A stretch of 64,000 nucleotides of DNA from an uncultured virus (IMG/VR IMGVR_UViG_3300042429_001351) (Duplodnaviria > Heunggongvirae > Uroviricota > Caudoviricetes): IMG/VR virus record IMGVR_UViG_3300042429_001351. The stretch is one strand, 5' to 3'. The notes beneath the pieces were generated by a model, which was given only the letters and a program-made list of their open reading frames with translations, did not search any database and was not told where the DNA came from. Position 1 is the first letter of the stretch, and the number at the start of each line of letters is the position of its first letter. Both the position numbers and the translations under genes were made by a program. This document shows, in pieces, positions 54,956 to 64,000 of this stretch.

Positions 54956-56842
54956 ATGGCAATTCAATGGGGTGCATACGTTGGCCCTGCGTCAGGCTCA
55001 GGATTTAGTACTTCCAACAGGATGCGCGTTGGCGTTGAGCTTACCGCTTCAACTCCAGCGTCAGGTCTGGATACAACCAGCACCATAACTGCTCAGATGT
55101 ACACCCAGAACGAATTGTCTGGTACATCAAACTGGAATGATGCTCAAACACTGTCATCCGTTGCAAGCGTTGCTGGAGCCACATGGGGAGCGGGTGGTGC
55201 GGCTTTTACAAACCAGGAGTCAAACGGAATAACTGCTAGAGGTGTTCTTAAAACCTACACCTATACATACTCAACCTACGGTTCCAGCCCTGGAAATATC
55301 TCTTTCCAAGCAACTCTCGGTGGAGCGTTTAACGGCATCACTCCGACCGTGACTGCAACTCTTGCAATTCCCGCAAGACCTGTTACAACGACTACCACAA
55401 CTACTACAACTACTACCACAACGACCACACCAGCACCGCCGTTTTTCCCGCCAGAATTTACACCGGCAACGACTACAACAACGACTACCACTACGACGAC
55501 TACGCTCCCTCCGGCTACTGCTCCAGGCGCACCAACAACAGTTCTCGGAACTGCTGGTAATGCTCAGGTTGCATTGTCTTGGACAGCTCCAGCTTCGAAT
55601 GGTGGGGCATCGATTACCGATTATGTAGTGCAGTATTCTTCTGACTCGGGCTCAACATGGGCAACATTTGCTGACGGTACATCAACTGCAGCGTCCGCCA
55701 CAGTAACGGGTCTGACGAACGGAACAAGCTACATATTCCGTGTCGCAGCAGTGAACAGTGTTGGGACTGGAAGTTACTCAACATCATCGTCGGCAGTGAC
55801 GCCGGTAACTACGCCGGGGGCACCAGTAACGATTACCGCAACTCCTGGTAGTGGAGAAGTTGGATTGACATGGCTTGCCCCTGCATCAACAGGTGGGTCA
55901 AGCATCACTGATTATTCCGTTCAATATTCTTCTGACTCGGGTGGAACGTGGAGCTTGTTTTTTGAGGGCGTGTCAACCGCAACATCAGCAACTGTTACAG
56001 GCCTGACGAACGGAACGAGTTACACATTCCGTGTTGCTGCGACAAACAGTGTTGGGACTGGACCTTACTCATTGTCATCGTCGGCAGTGACGCCTTCTGC
56101 TGCAACAACTACGACTACAACCACCACTACAACTGCTGCCCCTACGACGACTACAGCTACAACCGCTGCTCCTGGTGTGAGTATCTCCAAGGTTTGGAAT
56201 GGTTCATCCTGGGTTGCTACAACCCCCCAGGTATGGAACGGAACGGCATGGGTGTCAGCAATATCCCGCGCATGGGATGGTATTCAATGGGTGGCTCCAG
56301 GGGCTACGACTACGACGGCTGCTCCAACGACAACTACCACTACCACGACGACGCTTGCTCCAACGACTACAACAACGACTACCACTGCCGCCCCTACGAC
56401 TACAACAACGACTACCACTGCCGCTCCTACGACTACGGCTGCGCCTACAACAACTGGAGCCCCTCCATGCTTCGGTTGTACTACTGCCTCGTGGGACGGT
56501 GTCACGTATTCATGCGATGGCACAATGAGTTACGAGTATTGGACGGCTGGATGTCCTGGATGTACAGGTGAAGGCGGATATAACGGAGCCTACAGAGACG
56601 GGAAGTGCGGTTACACGGCACCCGTGACCACCGAGGCCACGGCTGCACCAGTTGTTTGCACTCCTTTCGACGGATATTCCTGGACTGGGGGCTATTACTA
56701 TGGAGCACTCAACGAAGGTGGAGCGAGCTGTGCAACTTGGTGTAGCTGCAACCCAGTCACCAATGGCTATAGTCAATCTGTATGGAAAATATACGCCAAA
56801 GCCGGTTGTGGAAACGCCAACCTATTCATAGGCTGTAGTTAA
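54956..56842 (+). CDS. Fibronectin type III-containing, Thr/Pro-rich (mucin-like) fibre/adhesin with Cys-rich tip
   Basis: Two near-duplicate FN3 domains (W.APAS.GG..ITDY.VQYS...VTGLTNGTSY.FRVAA.NSVGTG); poly-Thr tracts; Cys-rich C-terminus. Confidence 0.85.
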   Translation: MAIQWGAYVGPASGSGFSTSNRMRVGVELTASTPASGLDTTSTITAQMYTQNELSGTSNWNDAQTLSSVASVAGATWGAGGAAFTNQESNGITARGVLKTYTYTYSTYGSSPGNISFQATLGGAFNGITPTVTATLAIPARPVTTTTTTTTTTTTTTTPAPPFFPPEFTPATTTTTTTTTTTTLPPATAPGAPTTVLGTAGNAQVALSWTAPASNGGASITDYVVQYSSDSGSTWATFADGTSTAASATVTGLTNGTSYIFRVAAVNSVGTGSYSTSSSAVTPVTTPGAPVTITATPGSGEVGLTWLAPASTGGSSITDYSVQYSSDSGGTWSLFFEGVSTATSATVTGLTNGTSYTFRVAATNSVGTGPYSLSSSAVTPSAATTTTTTTTTTAAPTTTTATTAAPGVSISKVWNGSSWVATTPQVWNGTAWVSAISRAWDGIQWVAPGATTTTAAPTTTTTTTTTLAPTTTTTTTTAAPTTTTTTTTAAPTTTAAPTTTGAPPCFGCTTASWDGVTYSCDGTMSYEYWTAGCPGCTGEGGYNGAYRDGKCGYTAPVTTEATAAPVVCTPFDGYSWTGGYYYGALNEGGASCATWCSCNPVTNGYSQSVWKIYAKAGCGNANLFIGCS

Positions 56843-56878
56843 GCGCAAATTCTATTCCTAGAATAAACAGGAGAATAC

Positions 56879-57115
56879 ATGTCAGACGCACCAAGATTCA
56901 TCAACCCACGAGAAACACCAGACGGATTCGAATGGTTTGCCTTTGTTGTAGATGGCGAAGTGGCTTGGTCGGAGCCTGTACCAATCCAAGAAGAAGCAAA
57001 AATTGCTGCACTTTTGTCTGGTGTGCAAGCGGTACGTCTTGCCGGAGATGAAAGATTCACGGTTATTTCTGGATACGGATACACGGATGGTGTATTCACT
57101 CCTCCGACTGTCTAA
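56879..57115 (+). CDS. Hypothetical protein (possible fibre assembly partner)
   Basis: AGGAG RBS; FAFVVDGEV...YTDGVFTPP. Confidence 0.7.
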   Translation: MSDAPRFINPRETPDGFEWFAFVVDGEVAWSEPVPIQEEAKIAALLSGVQAVRLAGDERFTVISGYGYTDGVFTPPTV

Positions 57116-57145
57116 ATTTTCCTTATATTGATGTAGGATGCCTTT

Positions 57146-57376
57146 ATGACAAGTCCATGGCAAGAGTATAAAAAAAAGCTCGGCGACACACGTCCGTGGG
57201 ATTTGGTAAACCCACATATTGAACACGTTTCCGAGGACGTTTCATCAGCGCGATACGCAATATGTGAAGCGTGTCCAAGTTTGCTAAAACTTACCCACCA
57301 GTGCAAAGAATGTGGTTGCTTCATGAAACTAAAAGTAAAACTACCTGCAGCAGCTTGCCCGCTCGGCAAATGGTAG
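57146..57376 (+). CDS. Small Cys-rich protein (DUF6171-like)
   Basis: RYAICEACP...CKECGCFM..K..L..AACPLGKW. Confidence 0.75.
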   Translation: MTSPWQEYKKKLGDTRPWDLVNPHIEHVSEDVSSARYAICEACPSLLKLTHQCKECGCFMKLKVKLPAAACPLGKW

Positions 57377-58389
57377 TAAAAGAGAATTTAAATAAGTACA
57401 AGATAACCGATGCCCAAATAGACCCATTCGGTTACTGTAACGCGAAGTGCTGGTTCTGCCCTGTCAGGTATCAAAAGAATCCCCCACATGCAGCAAAGCA
57501 TATGCCGGTTGATTTATTGGACAAGATATTTTCTGAGTTGATAAAAGAAAAAGAAAAACCAAACGGTGTAGTTGAAGCAAACTTTAATCATTTTTATACC
57601 GCTCACTACAATGAGATTTTGCTATACAAGCACTTGGACGAGATGCTGTATTTGGCCAAATGTTATGGGTTAAAAACCATGATACTTTCAAACGGTGTCA
57701 ATCTCACCGAAGAAAAGGTGGAGATACTCCAACGACACAAAGACGTTATAAGCGGAATCAATTTAAACATTCCCGCATTTGAGGATGGTTTATGGCAGGA
57801 ACGTTCAGGAGTCACAAGATACGATTTTGACCATGTAAGACAAAACGTATTACGAACAATGGAAGCGTTTCCAGAATACACAGCAAATGGAGCGTTTTCA
57901 ATAGGTGTAAATATACCCACCGCGCCGCACATGGAAGAAAATGGCGGACGGATGGAGATGCTCGAGAATGCACCAAAGATAGATTTGGACCCCTTGACAG
58001 GAGAATCTCCGACACAAGTCGCATTGGCTAAATCGCTATTTCCCGGTCTCACTGTTTATCCAGTGGAATCATTAATTGATAGGGCTGCGATACTGGCAGA
58101 ACATAAAGTGATTGATAATGCCAAAGCAATTTTGAGGTACAACAAAGGCGATAAAACTAGAGTAGTTGGTTGTTCTAATGGAACAATTGGGCGAATATAT
58201 GGCTGGCTGCATGTCAACGCCCTTGGGGAAGCGTTTCTCTGCTGTAACGATTATGACTTTGACTATACTTTTGGCAACATGAACGACAGCACACTCGACG
58301 AGATATGGCGTAGCGACGAACATGCCGCAATGATAGAGAGAGCCTTGGGTTCAATATGTGTGTCTTGCGCAAGCGCTATATGGAAATGA
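57370..58389 (+). CDS. Radical SAM enzyme with SPASM/twitch domain
   Basis: CNAKCWFC (CX3CX2C); C-terminal C...G.AFLCC...GN...EIW...CVSC. Confidence 0.9.
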   Translation: MVVKENLNKYKITDAQIDPFGYCNAKCWFCPVRYQKNPPHAAKHMPVDLLDKIFSELIKEKEKPNGVVEANFNHFYTAHYNEILLYKHLDEMLYLAKCYGLKTMILSNGVNLTEEKVEILQRHKDVISGINLNIPAFEDGLWQERSGVTRYDFDHVRQNVLRTMEAFPEYTANGAFSIGVNIPTAPHMEENGGRMEMLENAPKIDLDPLTGESPTQVALAKSLFPGLTVYPVESLIDRAAILAEHKVIDNAKAILRYNKGDKTRVVGCSNGTIGRIYGWLHVNALGEAFLCCNDYDFDYTFGNMNDSTLDEIWRSDEHAAMIERALGSICVSCASAIWK

Positions 58390-58390
58390 T

Positions 58391-59314
58391 ATGGCATCGA
58401 TATTCATACAAATACCTTCTTATAGGGATTTTGAATTAAACAAAACTGTTGCCAGCGCAGTGACCAATGCGAGCGGAGCAAACAAGCTTTCGTTTGGTAT
58501 TCATAACTGCATTTTGTTTGATGGCGAAATAGAAGTTAAAACAGATTACCCAGAATGGGTCACTATTAACTCGGCGACAAGTATTGCACCGCAAAACATA
58601 GGCCTACAGCAGGCAAGGTATTTAGCAAACGAGTTTTACGACGGAGAAGACTACTACCTTCAAATTGACTCGCACATGCGATTTTTCGAAAATTGGGACG
58701 CATCACTCATCAACGATATACGCTACTATCAAAACCTGGGCTTGCCTAAGCCACTTATTACTCAGTATCCGCCAGCTTATACATACAACGACGACGGAAA
58801 AGAAAACATTCAATTCAATCAGCCGTTTTATCAATGTGGAATCTGGTTTGGCGAGAAGGTAGAAAATTTTAAGGAAACCCTAATTCCCACACAGCAAGCT
58901 CGGGTTCTTTTTGATACTTGTGGATTTATTAAATCTGTTTCTGGCGGTTTTATATTCACACTCGGAAGTTTTGCAAAAGTTAAACCAAATCCAAAAATTG
59001 CCTTTTGGGGAGAGGAACCACTGATTGCCGCAAGGGCTTTTACTCATGGATTCGACCTGGTGATGCCCTTCTCTCACAATGTGTCTCATTTATATCACTC
59101 TCAACAGACATTTGCCAAAACACGTCGCCACCACATATGGGGTGATTTTTCAGAAATCTGGGGGATGATGGATGCTGAATCCAGAACAGAATACAAGAGA
59201 ATATTCACCGAACGAATAATTGGCGAAGGGGCATTAGGGACAGAACGCACCCTAGATGAATACGAGGAGTTTTCTGGTTTAAATTTCAGAGACGGAACCA
59301 TAACCTCATTATGA
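58391..59314 (+). CDS. GT60/Skp1-hydroxyproline GlcNAc-transferase-like glycosyltransferase
   Basis: IFIQIPSYRD, YYLQIDSHMRF...WD, FWGEE...AARAFTHGFD, HLY, LGTERTLDEYE motifs. Confidence 0.88.
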   Translation: MASIFIQIPSYRDFELNKTVASAVTNASGANKLSFGIHNCILFDGEIEVKTDYPEWVTINSATSIAPQNIGLQQARYLANEFYDGEDYYLQIDSHMRFFENWDASLINDIRYYQNLGLPKPLITQYPPAYTYNDDGKENIQFNQPFYQCGIWFGEKVENFKETLIPTQQARVLFDTCGFIKSVSGGFIFTLGSFAKVKPNPKIAFWGEEPLIAARAFTHGFDLVMPFSHNVSHLYHSQQTFAKTRRHHIWGDFSEIWGMMDAESRTEYKRIFTERIIGEGALGTERTLDEYEEFSGLNFRDGTITSL

Positions 59315-59889
59315 AGAATCTCAAAAAGATAAGTGACGATATATATATTGTAAACCTTGTTAGCGGTCGACTTGCTGCGAGGATTATGGATTCCATAAAA
59401 TTACTCGAAAAGAAAGAGCCATGTGGAGGAAGTGAACGAAACCAGTTTACGACACATTCCATAAGTGATTCCGCCTGTGTTGGTGGAATAAGACTTACAA
59501 CAATTCTGCAATCGATATTCAAGAGACTAACAAATCAATACTTTCTGAGTACTGGCGTAAGACTAGAAGTTCCATCGTTCCCGAATCAAAGCTGCAATAT
59601 CAAGAGTCAAGTCAAAGGCCAATCACACGGGGTGCATACCGATGGAGGGGACAAGGATTACGGAATTGGCAGGATTCTCCACTCGTCGGTTATATGCCTA
59701 AATGATGACTACGAGGGCGGGAGCACGCAGTTTTACCTAACTGGGACAATGGAAGAACCAAACATTGATATTGACATAAAACTCAAGGCAGGTCAAGCAT
59801 TAATATTTGACGCGAATCTGAACTATCATGGGGTTACCGAAGTCCTATCTGGGACTAGGTTTAGCTTGATTCAATTTTGGAGAGAGTAG
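59311..59889 (+). CDS. 2OG-Fe(II) oxygenase (prolyl 4-hydroxylase-like)
   Basis: HTD...LNDDYEGG...HGVTEVLSGTR. Confidence 0.88.
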   Translation: MKNLKKISDDIYIVNLVSGRLAARIMDSIKLLEKKEPCGGSERNQFTTHSISDSACVGGIRLTTILQSIFKRLTNQYFLSTGVRLEVPSFPNQSCNIKSQVKGQSHGVHTDGGDKDYGIGRILHSSVICLNDDYEGGSTQFYLTGTMEEPNIDIDIKLKAGQALIFDANLNYHGVTEVLSGTRFSLIQFWRE

Positions 59890-59891
59890 TC

Positions 59892-60962
59892 ATGAATACA
59901 GATAGCGATAACAGATTCTACGGAACGACACCAGATGTCCGCAATGACGAAACTGTGTCCGAAATCTTTAACATGCAATTTGAAGATTTGGGTGGTGGGG
60001 TAATTCGTTTCCCGGCAGCAATAGATGTTGACAAAGACATGCTTTTACCGTATATAGATAAAAACTCAAAATCCGCGCACGAACAAAGATGGACGTGGGC
60101 CAAGGATGAAGAAGGCAATGACTACGCAATAAACGAAGATGGCAACAAGTTTTCTCCAGAACAGGTAAAGATGGTTCCAGTAAGACTGCTTGAAGTAGTT
60201 AACTCTGGGACAGAGCCAGAGATGATAGAAGTGTTTAGATACTGGGAAGACACTATTTACAAGTGTCTCCTGCGGTACATAGATATATTCCCAATGGTCC
60301 TTGGAACAATCTGGTGGAGAACCAAGGGTCACGTAATGCGCTATGACGAGGGGGCATTCCTTGGCATACACAACGACAACGACTCAAATTACAGGGCCAC
60401 AGGTGGCGAGCGATTTGTGCCGCGTGGACAAATACAGATGCGTCAAGTTGTGGCGGTGATGTTCTACATTAACGATTGTGTTGAAGATGAATCAGAACTA
60501 GATGGCACAAACTTCACTGGTGGGGAATTAGTTTTCCCATATCTCGGAATAAAGAACACTCCAAAAACCGGGGATGTTGTTATCTTCCCTGCAAACTACA
60601 TTGCAACACATGGAGTTGAGCCAGTGAAAAAGGGCGTCCGATATGGATACCTTGAATTCTTCAGTCAAGGAAGCAGTCACGATGAAGTTGGAATTAACGT
60701 TTCAGAACCAGATAAATGTGATGGCTGGTGTAGGCCACACTTCATAGATGCGCTTTATGACGACTACAAGCACTACTGCAAGCAAACCGAATTCATGGGG
60801 AATGGTGATTCAGCAAAAGACGCAAACGGAATGTTTAAAGCAAATCCGGTTTATCAAAACAGAACGCTTGAAGGTGAAAACGGTCTAAAGAAGGCTTATT
60901 CACATTCCCAGGTTGTATACGACAATGAGCAGCGCGGCAGGGAACACAGCAGCTTGTACTAA
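59892..60962 (+). CDS. 2OG-Fe(II) oxygenase (prolyl 4-hydroxylase-like)
   Basis: HND...YIND...GGEL.F...FPANYIATHGVEPVKKGVRY. Confidence 0.88.
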   Translation: MNTDSDNRFYGTTPDVRNDETVSEIFNMQFEDLGGGVIRFPAAIDVDKDMLLPYIDKNSKSAHEQRWTWAKDEEGNDYAINEDGNKFSPEQVKMVPVRLLEVVNSGTEPEMIEVFRYWEDTIYKCLLRYIDIFPMVLGTIWWRTKGHVMRYDEGAFLGIHNDNDSNYRATGGERFVPRGQIQMRQVVAVMFYINDCVEDESELDGTNFTGGELVFPYLGIKNTPKTGDVVIFPANYIATHGVEPVKKGVRYGYLEFFSQGSSHDEVGINVSEPDKCDGWCRPHFIDALYDDYKHYCKQTEFMGNGDSAKDANGMFKANPVYQNRTLEGENGLKKAYSHSQVVYDNEQRGREHSSLY

Positions 60963-61693
60963 GTGTTTTCTACGATACCAACGTGAACATAACCCTGCCC
61001 GGAATGCTGAACATCTGCTGCAAGACTATTTAGCTTGTTTTCTTCCTGAACCTCCATCTTTGCATCCCCTTGGCAGAACCACTGCAGATAAGAATTCCTT
61101 ACCCCGGATGTGATTGGCTCAACTTCATGACAGCCCATAAATGACGACGGATATATCAAAACCGAGCCAACTTTTGGACGTACGGTTATACCCCACGGCC
61201 TGAATCTTATATTTCCTCCCTCGTATTCCTCATTGAGGGCCATTGAACCAGTAAGGGTGTTGTGGAGCGGGAAGGTGTTCAGAACATTCCCTTCCTTGTC
61301 GTAAGGTAGGGCACAGTCGCTATGCGGTCCAATAGTTTGACCAATTGAGTACGAAGCAATCTGCCCACCTGTTCTCCAGCCAATACACTCAATTGCTACT
61401 GGGAACGAGCGACAATATTCAATTAGGCATCTATAAATGCCGTCATTAATCAAGGTTGTTATTTCTTTTGTGAATTCGGAGCCGTATGAAAGTCCATTAA
61501 ACCTGGTTGGCATTTTTAATACGTGCTCTTGCGTAACCGCGTAACCGCCATCATTGGTTAATGACTCAACATTCACGCCATGCGTTGCATCTAGATTTTC
61601 AGCAAAAATTCTTTCAAGATATGCCTCGAAATTGGATGCGTCTACCACATCTTCAAACAGCATTACCCCGTTCCCAAGATGCTTCACAATCAT
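60959..61693 (-). CDS. 2OG-Fe(II) oxygenase
   Basis: HSD...LNEEYEGG...HEVEPITSGVR. Confidence 0.88.
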   Translation of the reverse strand: MIVKHLGNGVMLFEDVVDASNFEAYLERIFAENLDATHGVNVESLTNDGGYAVTQEHVLKMPTRFNGLSYGSEFTKEITTLINDGIYRCLIEYCRSFPVAIECIGWRTGGQIASYSIGQTIGPHSDCALPYDKEGNVLNTFPLHNTLTGSMALNEEYEGGNIRFRPWGITVRPKVGSVLIYPSSFMGCHEVEPITSGVRNSYLQWFCQGDAKMEVQEENKLNSLAADVQHSGQGYVHVGIVENT

Positions 61694-62562
61694 GAGTGCA
61701 TACTTTCAACCAGGCTGTGACCAACCGAAGTTTTTCCTGGGTCGACCTTATTTAGGTAATCAGTAAAGTCGGAGCGAAGTGTTGGCATGTACACATTGGT
61801 TGCGGTTTTTGCCAACTCAGGCGACTCCACTGGGTCAACTATGTGCTCGTTAACAGCCTCGTTTGGTGTTCCGTGGGAATACCATCCAAGATACGTGTAC
61901 CTACTACCGCCGGTAGTCTCCTTGACTTCATGAGCAGCCATGTAGTTCGACGGGAACATCAATATGTCGCCGGCGGAAGGTTTGTAGTCAATGTCAAGAT
62001 AATTAAAGTAATGATGCCCGCCTTCAAAATTATCGTTCAAGTACACAATGCATGAGATTGTGTTTCTCGTGGCCAGCTGGTCGTGTGGGTGAGGGAATCC
62101 ATAGGCATAGTCGGCACTCGTGTCGGAGTGCGGCCCAAGAAACTTACCACCATTCTCCACAGAATAAGAAACCAGGTGACCTTTTACTTTCCACCAAACG
62201 TTCTTGTATGCCAAGGGGAAAAGATAGAAGTATTTGAGTAGATATGCGTCTTTTGATTTCTCCACAAACTCCAGAAAATCACTTATGTCCTCATCTGGAT
62301 TCTGGTGTATTCGTGAACCGCGGCGAGGCATTTGATTCACTCCGTCGGCATCAAAATAGTACCCACTTCTATTTATGAATGCAGGTTCACCTGTCTCTGG
62401 GTCTATTGCCTCTTCGTACATTTGAGCGCGTTCTTCCGCGACTTGTTTTTCTGCAAATGCGCTTGCCCAATCGTTGTCGAAAGAGATGGCTCCACTAAAA
62501 ACAACCACTCCACCGCCGAGGTGTTTGGGCTCCACATCGTTGAACTTCTGCTCTTGATTCAT
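61690..62562 (-). CDS. 2OG-Fe(II) oxygenase
   Basis: HSD...YLNDNFEGG...FPSNYMAAHEV...GSRY. Confidence 0.88.
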   Translation of the reverse strand: MNQEQKFNDVEPKHLGGGVVVFSGAISFDNDWASAFAEKQVAEERAQMYEEAIDPETGEPAFINRSGYYFDADGVNQMPRRGSRIHQNPDEDISDFLEFVEKSKDAYLLKYFYLFPLAYKNVWWKVKGHLVSYSVENGGKFLGPHSDTSADYAYGFPHPHDQLATRNTISCIVYLNDNFEGGHHYFNYLDIDYKPSAGDILMFPSNYMAAHEVKETTGGSRYTYLGWYSHGTPNEAVNEHIVDPVESPELAKTATNVYMPTLRSDFTDYLNKVDPGKTSVGHSLVESMHS

Positions 62563-62580
62563 ACAGTGTATGATAGCCCA
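62563..62580. promoter_or_regulatory. Overlapping divergent leaderless -10 promoters
   Basis: TATGAT (+, 62569-62574) 6 nt before ATG 62581; TATCAT (-, 62570-62575) 7 nt before ATG 62562. Confidence 0.65.
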
Positions 62581-62904
62581 ATGAGCGAAAAAAACGAGGC
62601 ATTCAATAGGTGGACTGAAATAATGGTTCAGGAGTTCGCCAAGCTACCTAATATGGTCGAAAAAGATGGCTACAACAATTGGGCAGACAACATACTCCCA
62701 GGCCAAATCGAGGACAAGTATTACACGGTCGGCCGCACTGGAGCAGAAGCAATGATGGCTTTCTGGGGAGACATTGCCGATGGCAAGATGGCCGACTTGT
62801 TAAATGAGTTCAACGTACCAAATCCACTTGGGCTAATACACTCATCAAGCACGCTTGCTAAACACCTTTTTGTGACCGAAAAGATGTTCTCAAAAAAAAC
62901 TTAG
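62581..62904 (+). CDS. Hypothetical protein (107 aa)
   Basis: Probable start MSEKNE directly after the -10 box. Confidence 0.65.
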   Translation: MSEKNEAFNRWTEIMVQEFAKLPNMVEKDGYNNWADNILPGQIEDKYYTVGRTGAEAMMAFWGDIADGKMADLLNEFNVPNPLGLIHSSSTLAKHLFVTEKMFSKKT

Positions 62905-63761
62905 TGGTCGTCGGCCCTGCTTAGATAGTCAACTTTTTCTTGCGGAGCATTCGAAATAGAACCATACTTTTCAATTAAATGGTTTTCATAATCCTTGATT
63001 ATCGAAGGCAGCCACCATTGACCGTTGTTCTGGAACATCGTTTCTTCTGGATGCGCTGGTGAGCATCCGCGCTCATCATCTTGCGAACCCTGAGCAAACC
63101 ATGTCAGGTAGGAATACCTTACCCCTCGTGTTACTTCGTTTATCTGATGAGCACCTATATAGTTTGCCGGCATCAGAACAATCGCGCCGGTTGACGGAGC
63201 AATATCTATATCGAAATACGGGATTGTCATGGTTCCACCAGAGAACGAATACTCAACTGATTCGTCATCGGTGCAGTCGTTGAAATATACAAGCGCTGAA
63301 AGAACGTTGCGTGTTGCATGTTGTTCTTTGGGCTCTCTACCGTAGCGATAGTTCACATCGTTGTCGGCGTGAAATCCAAGACCGCCGCTTTTTGCATACC
63401 TCAAAACATGACCAGGGCTCTTCCACCAGAGACACTGCAGGACAGCGGGAAACATTTCTATATAATGCAAAAGTGCGCCGTATATTGCTTTTTCACATTC
63501 TTGGAAAAATGGGATATCCAAGCTTCCTATCCTTATTGGAGCTTTATCCATGTCCTCTAGGTCGTAGATGAACCCACCCTTATTAATTGCGTGGAGTGGA
63601 TTGCCGTCTTCATCCTTAATAATCGTGTACGAGTTATTGAAAGCTTCATCCTTCTTTTTGTCAAGATACTCAAATGCCTCTTTTTGTGGAATATTGATTG
63701 CATTCTTAAAAATTACAGTTCCGCCGCCAAGGTGTTCTGGATTAAAGTTGAAATTGCTCAT
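62901..63761 (-). CDS. 2OG-Fe(II) oxygenase
   Basis: HAD...YFND...GG...PANYIGAHQINEVTRGVRY. Confidence 0.88.
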   Translation of the reverse strand: MSNFNFNPEHLGGGTVIFKNAINIPQKEAFEYLDKKKDEAFNNSYTIIKDEDGNPLHAINKGGFIYDLEDMDKAPIRIGSLDIPFFQECEKAIYGALLHYIEMFPAVLQCLWWKSPGHVLRYAKSGGLGFHADNDVNYRYGREPKEQHATRNVLSALVYFNDCTDDESVEYSFSGGTMTIPYFDIDIAPSTGAIVLMPANYIGAHQINEVTRGVRYSYLTWFAQGSQDDERGCSPAHPEETMFQNNGQWWLPSIIKDYENHLIEKYGSISNAPQEKVDYLSRADDH

Positions 63762-64000
63762 AAAAGAGATTGTACAGCCTGGATGATGGTCATATCCATC
63801 TCGCTAGTTTCTACTGTTTCTGCTAGTGGTTTAACGCTAAATCTAAATCTGTACATCTGCCTGCCGTCTTTGCCAACTATAAATTTTTCGTAATAAGCAT
63901 GTATTTTCTGCACCGCCCCACCGGCAAGGTTTTGACCCTGGGCAGCAGACAGACTGGTTCCAGCTTTTGTATCATCAACAAGCCTTTTTGCATACCCTTT
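63758..64000 (-). CDS. Partial CDS (3' end), glutathione peroxidase-like C-terminus
   Basis: Manual translation ...KIHAYYEKFIVGKDGRQMYRF... resembles GPx I.WNFEKFLV..DG...RF; ATGA overlap with the next gene. Confidence 0.55.
   Translation of the reverse strand, partial: KGYAKRLVDDTKAGTSLSAAQGQNLAGGAVQKIHAYYEKFIVGKDGRQMYRFRFSVKPLAETVETSEMDMTIIQAVQSLL

Noticed and set aside
55520..56100. Duplicated FN3 DNA as a DGR template/variable repeat pair
   Set aside because: Both copies are in frame in one gene, differences are not adenine-specific by eye, and no reverse transcriptase is present in the window
55380..56460. ACN-rich repeats as a CRISPR array or microsatellite
   Set aside because: They encode in-frame poly-Thr tracts with varied third positions; no repeat-spacer structure
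1..64000. tRNA genes, introns/inteins, stop-codon recoding
   Set aside because: No cloverleaf or intein motifs recognised; terL and other core genes are full length in the standard code

Overview
64 kb segment of a large myovirus-type (contractile-tailed) dsDNA phage, standard genetic code. The host is probably an actinobacterium (inferred from leaderless -10 promoters and gene families). Left arm (minus strand, 1-31.2 kb): portal-MuF fusion, a long multidomain HK97-type prohead protease, and about 24 kb of giant putative internal-head/effector proteins (>1527, 769, 2108, 690 and 2470 aa). Right arm (mostly plus strand): terminase, recombination genes, two putative small RNAs, neck/sheath/tube/frameshifted chaperone/tape measure/baseplate/fibres, then a radical SAM + GT60 glycosyltransferase + five 2OG-Fe(II) oxygenase cluster. 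Main discovery candidate: a protein-level motif [ILV]-T-G-[AES]-M recurs 12 times (plus near-matches) in five virion-associated proteins, often at domain boundaries. This suggests proteolytically processed phage polyproteins carrying zincin, DEDDh exonuclease, ART-like, HicA-like and OGFr/DUF1810-like modules. Shared CX17C and DxDxDG motifs in these and neighbouring giant proteins may be packaging tags. No major capsid gene, tRNA or CRISPR array was recognised. All domain calls are by-eye motif recognition, not database searches.
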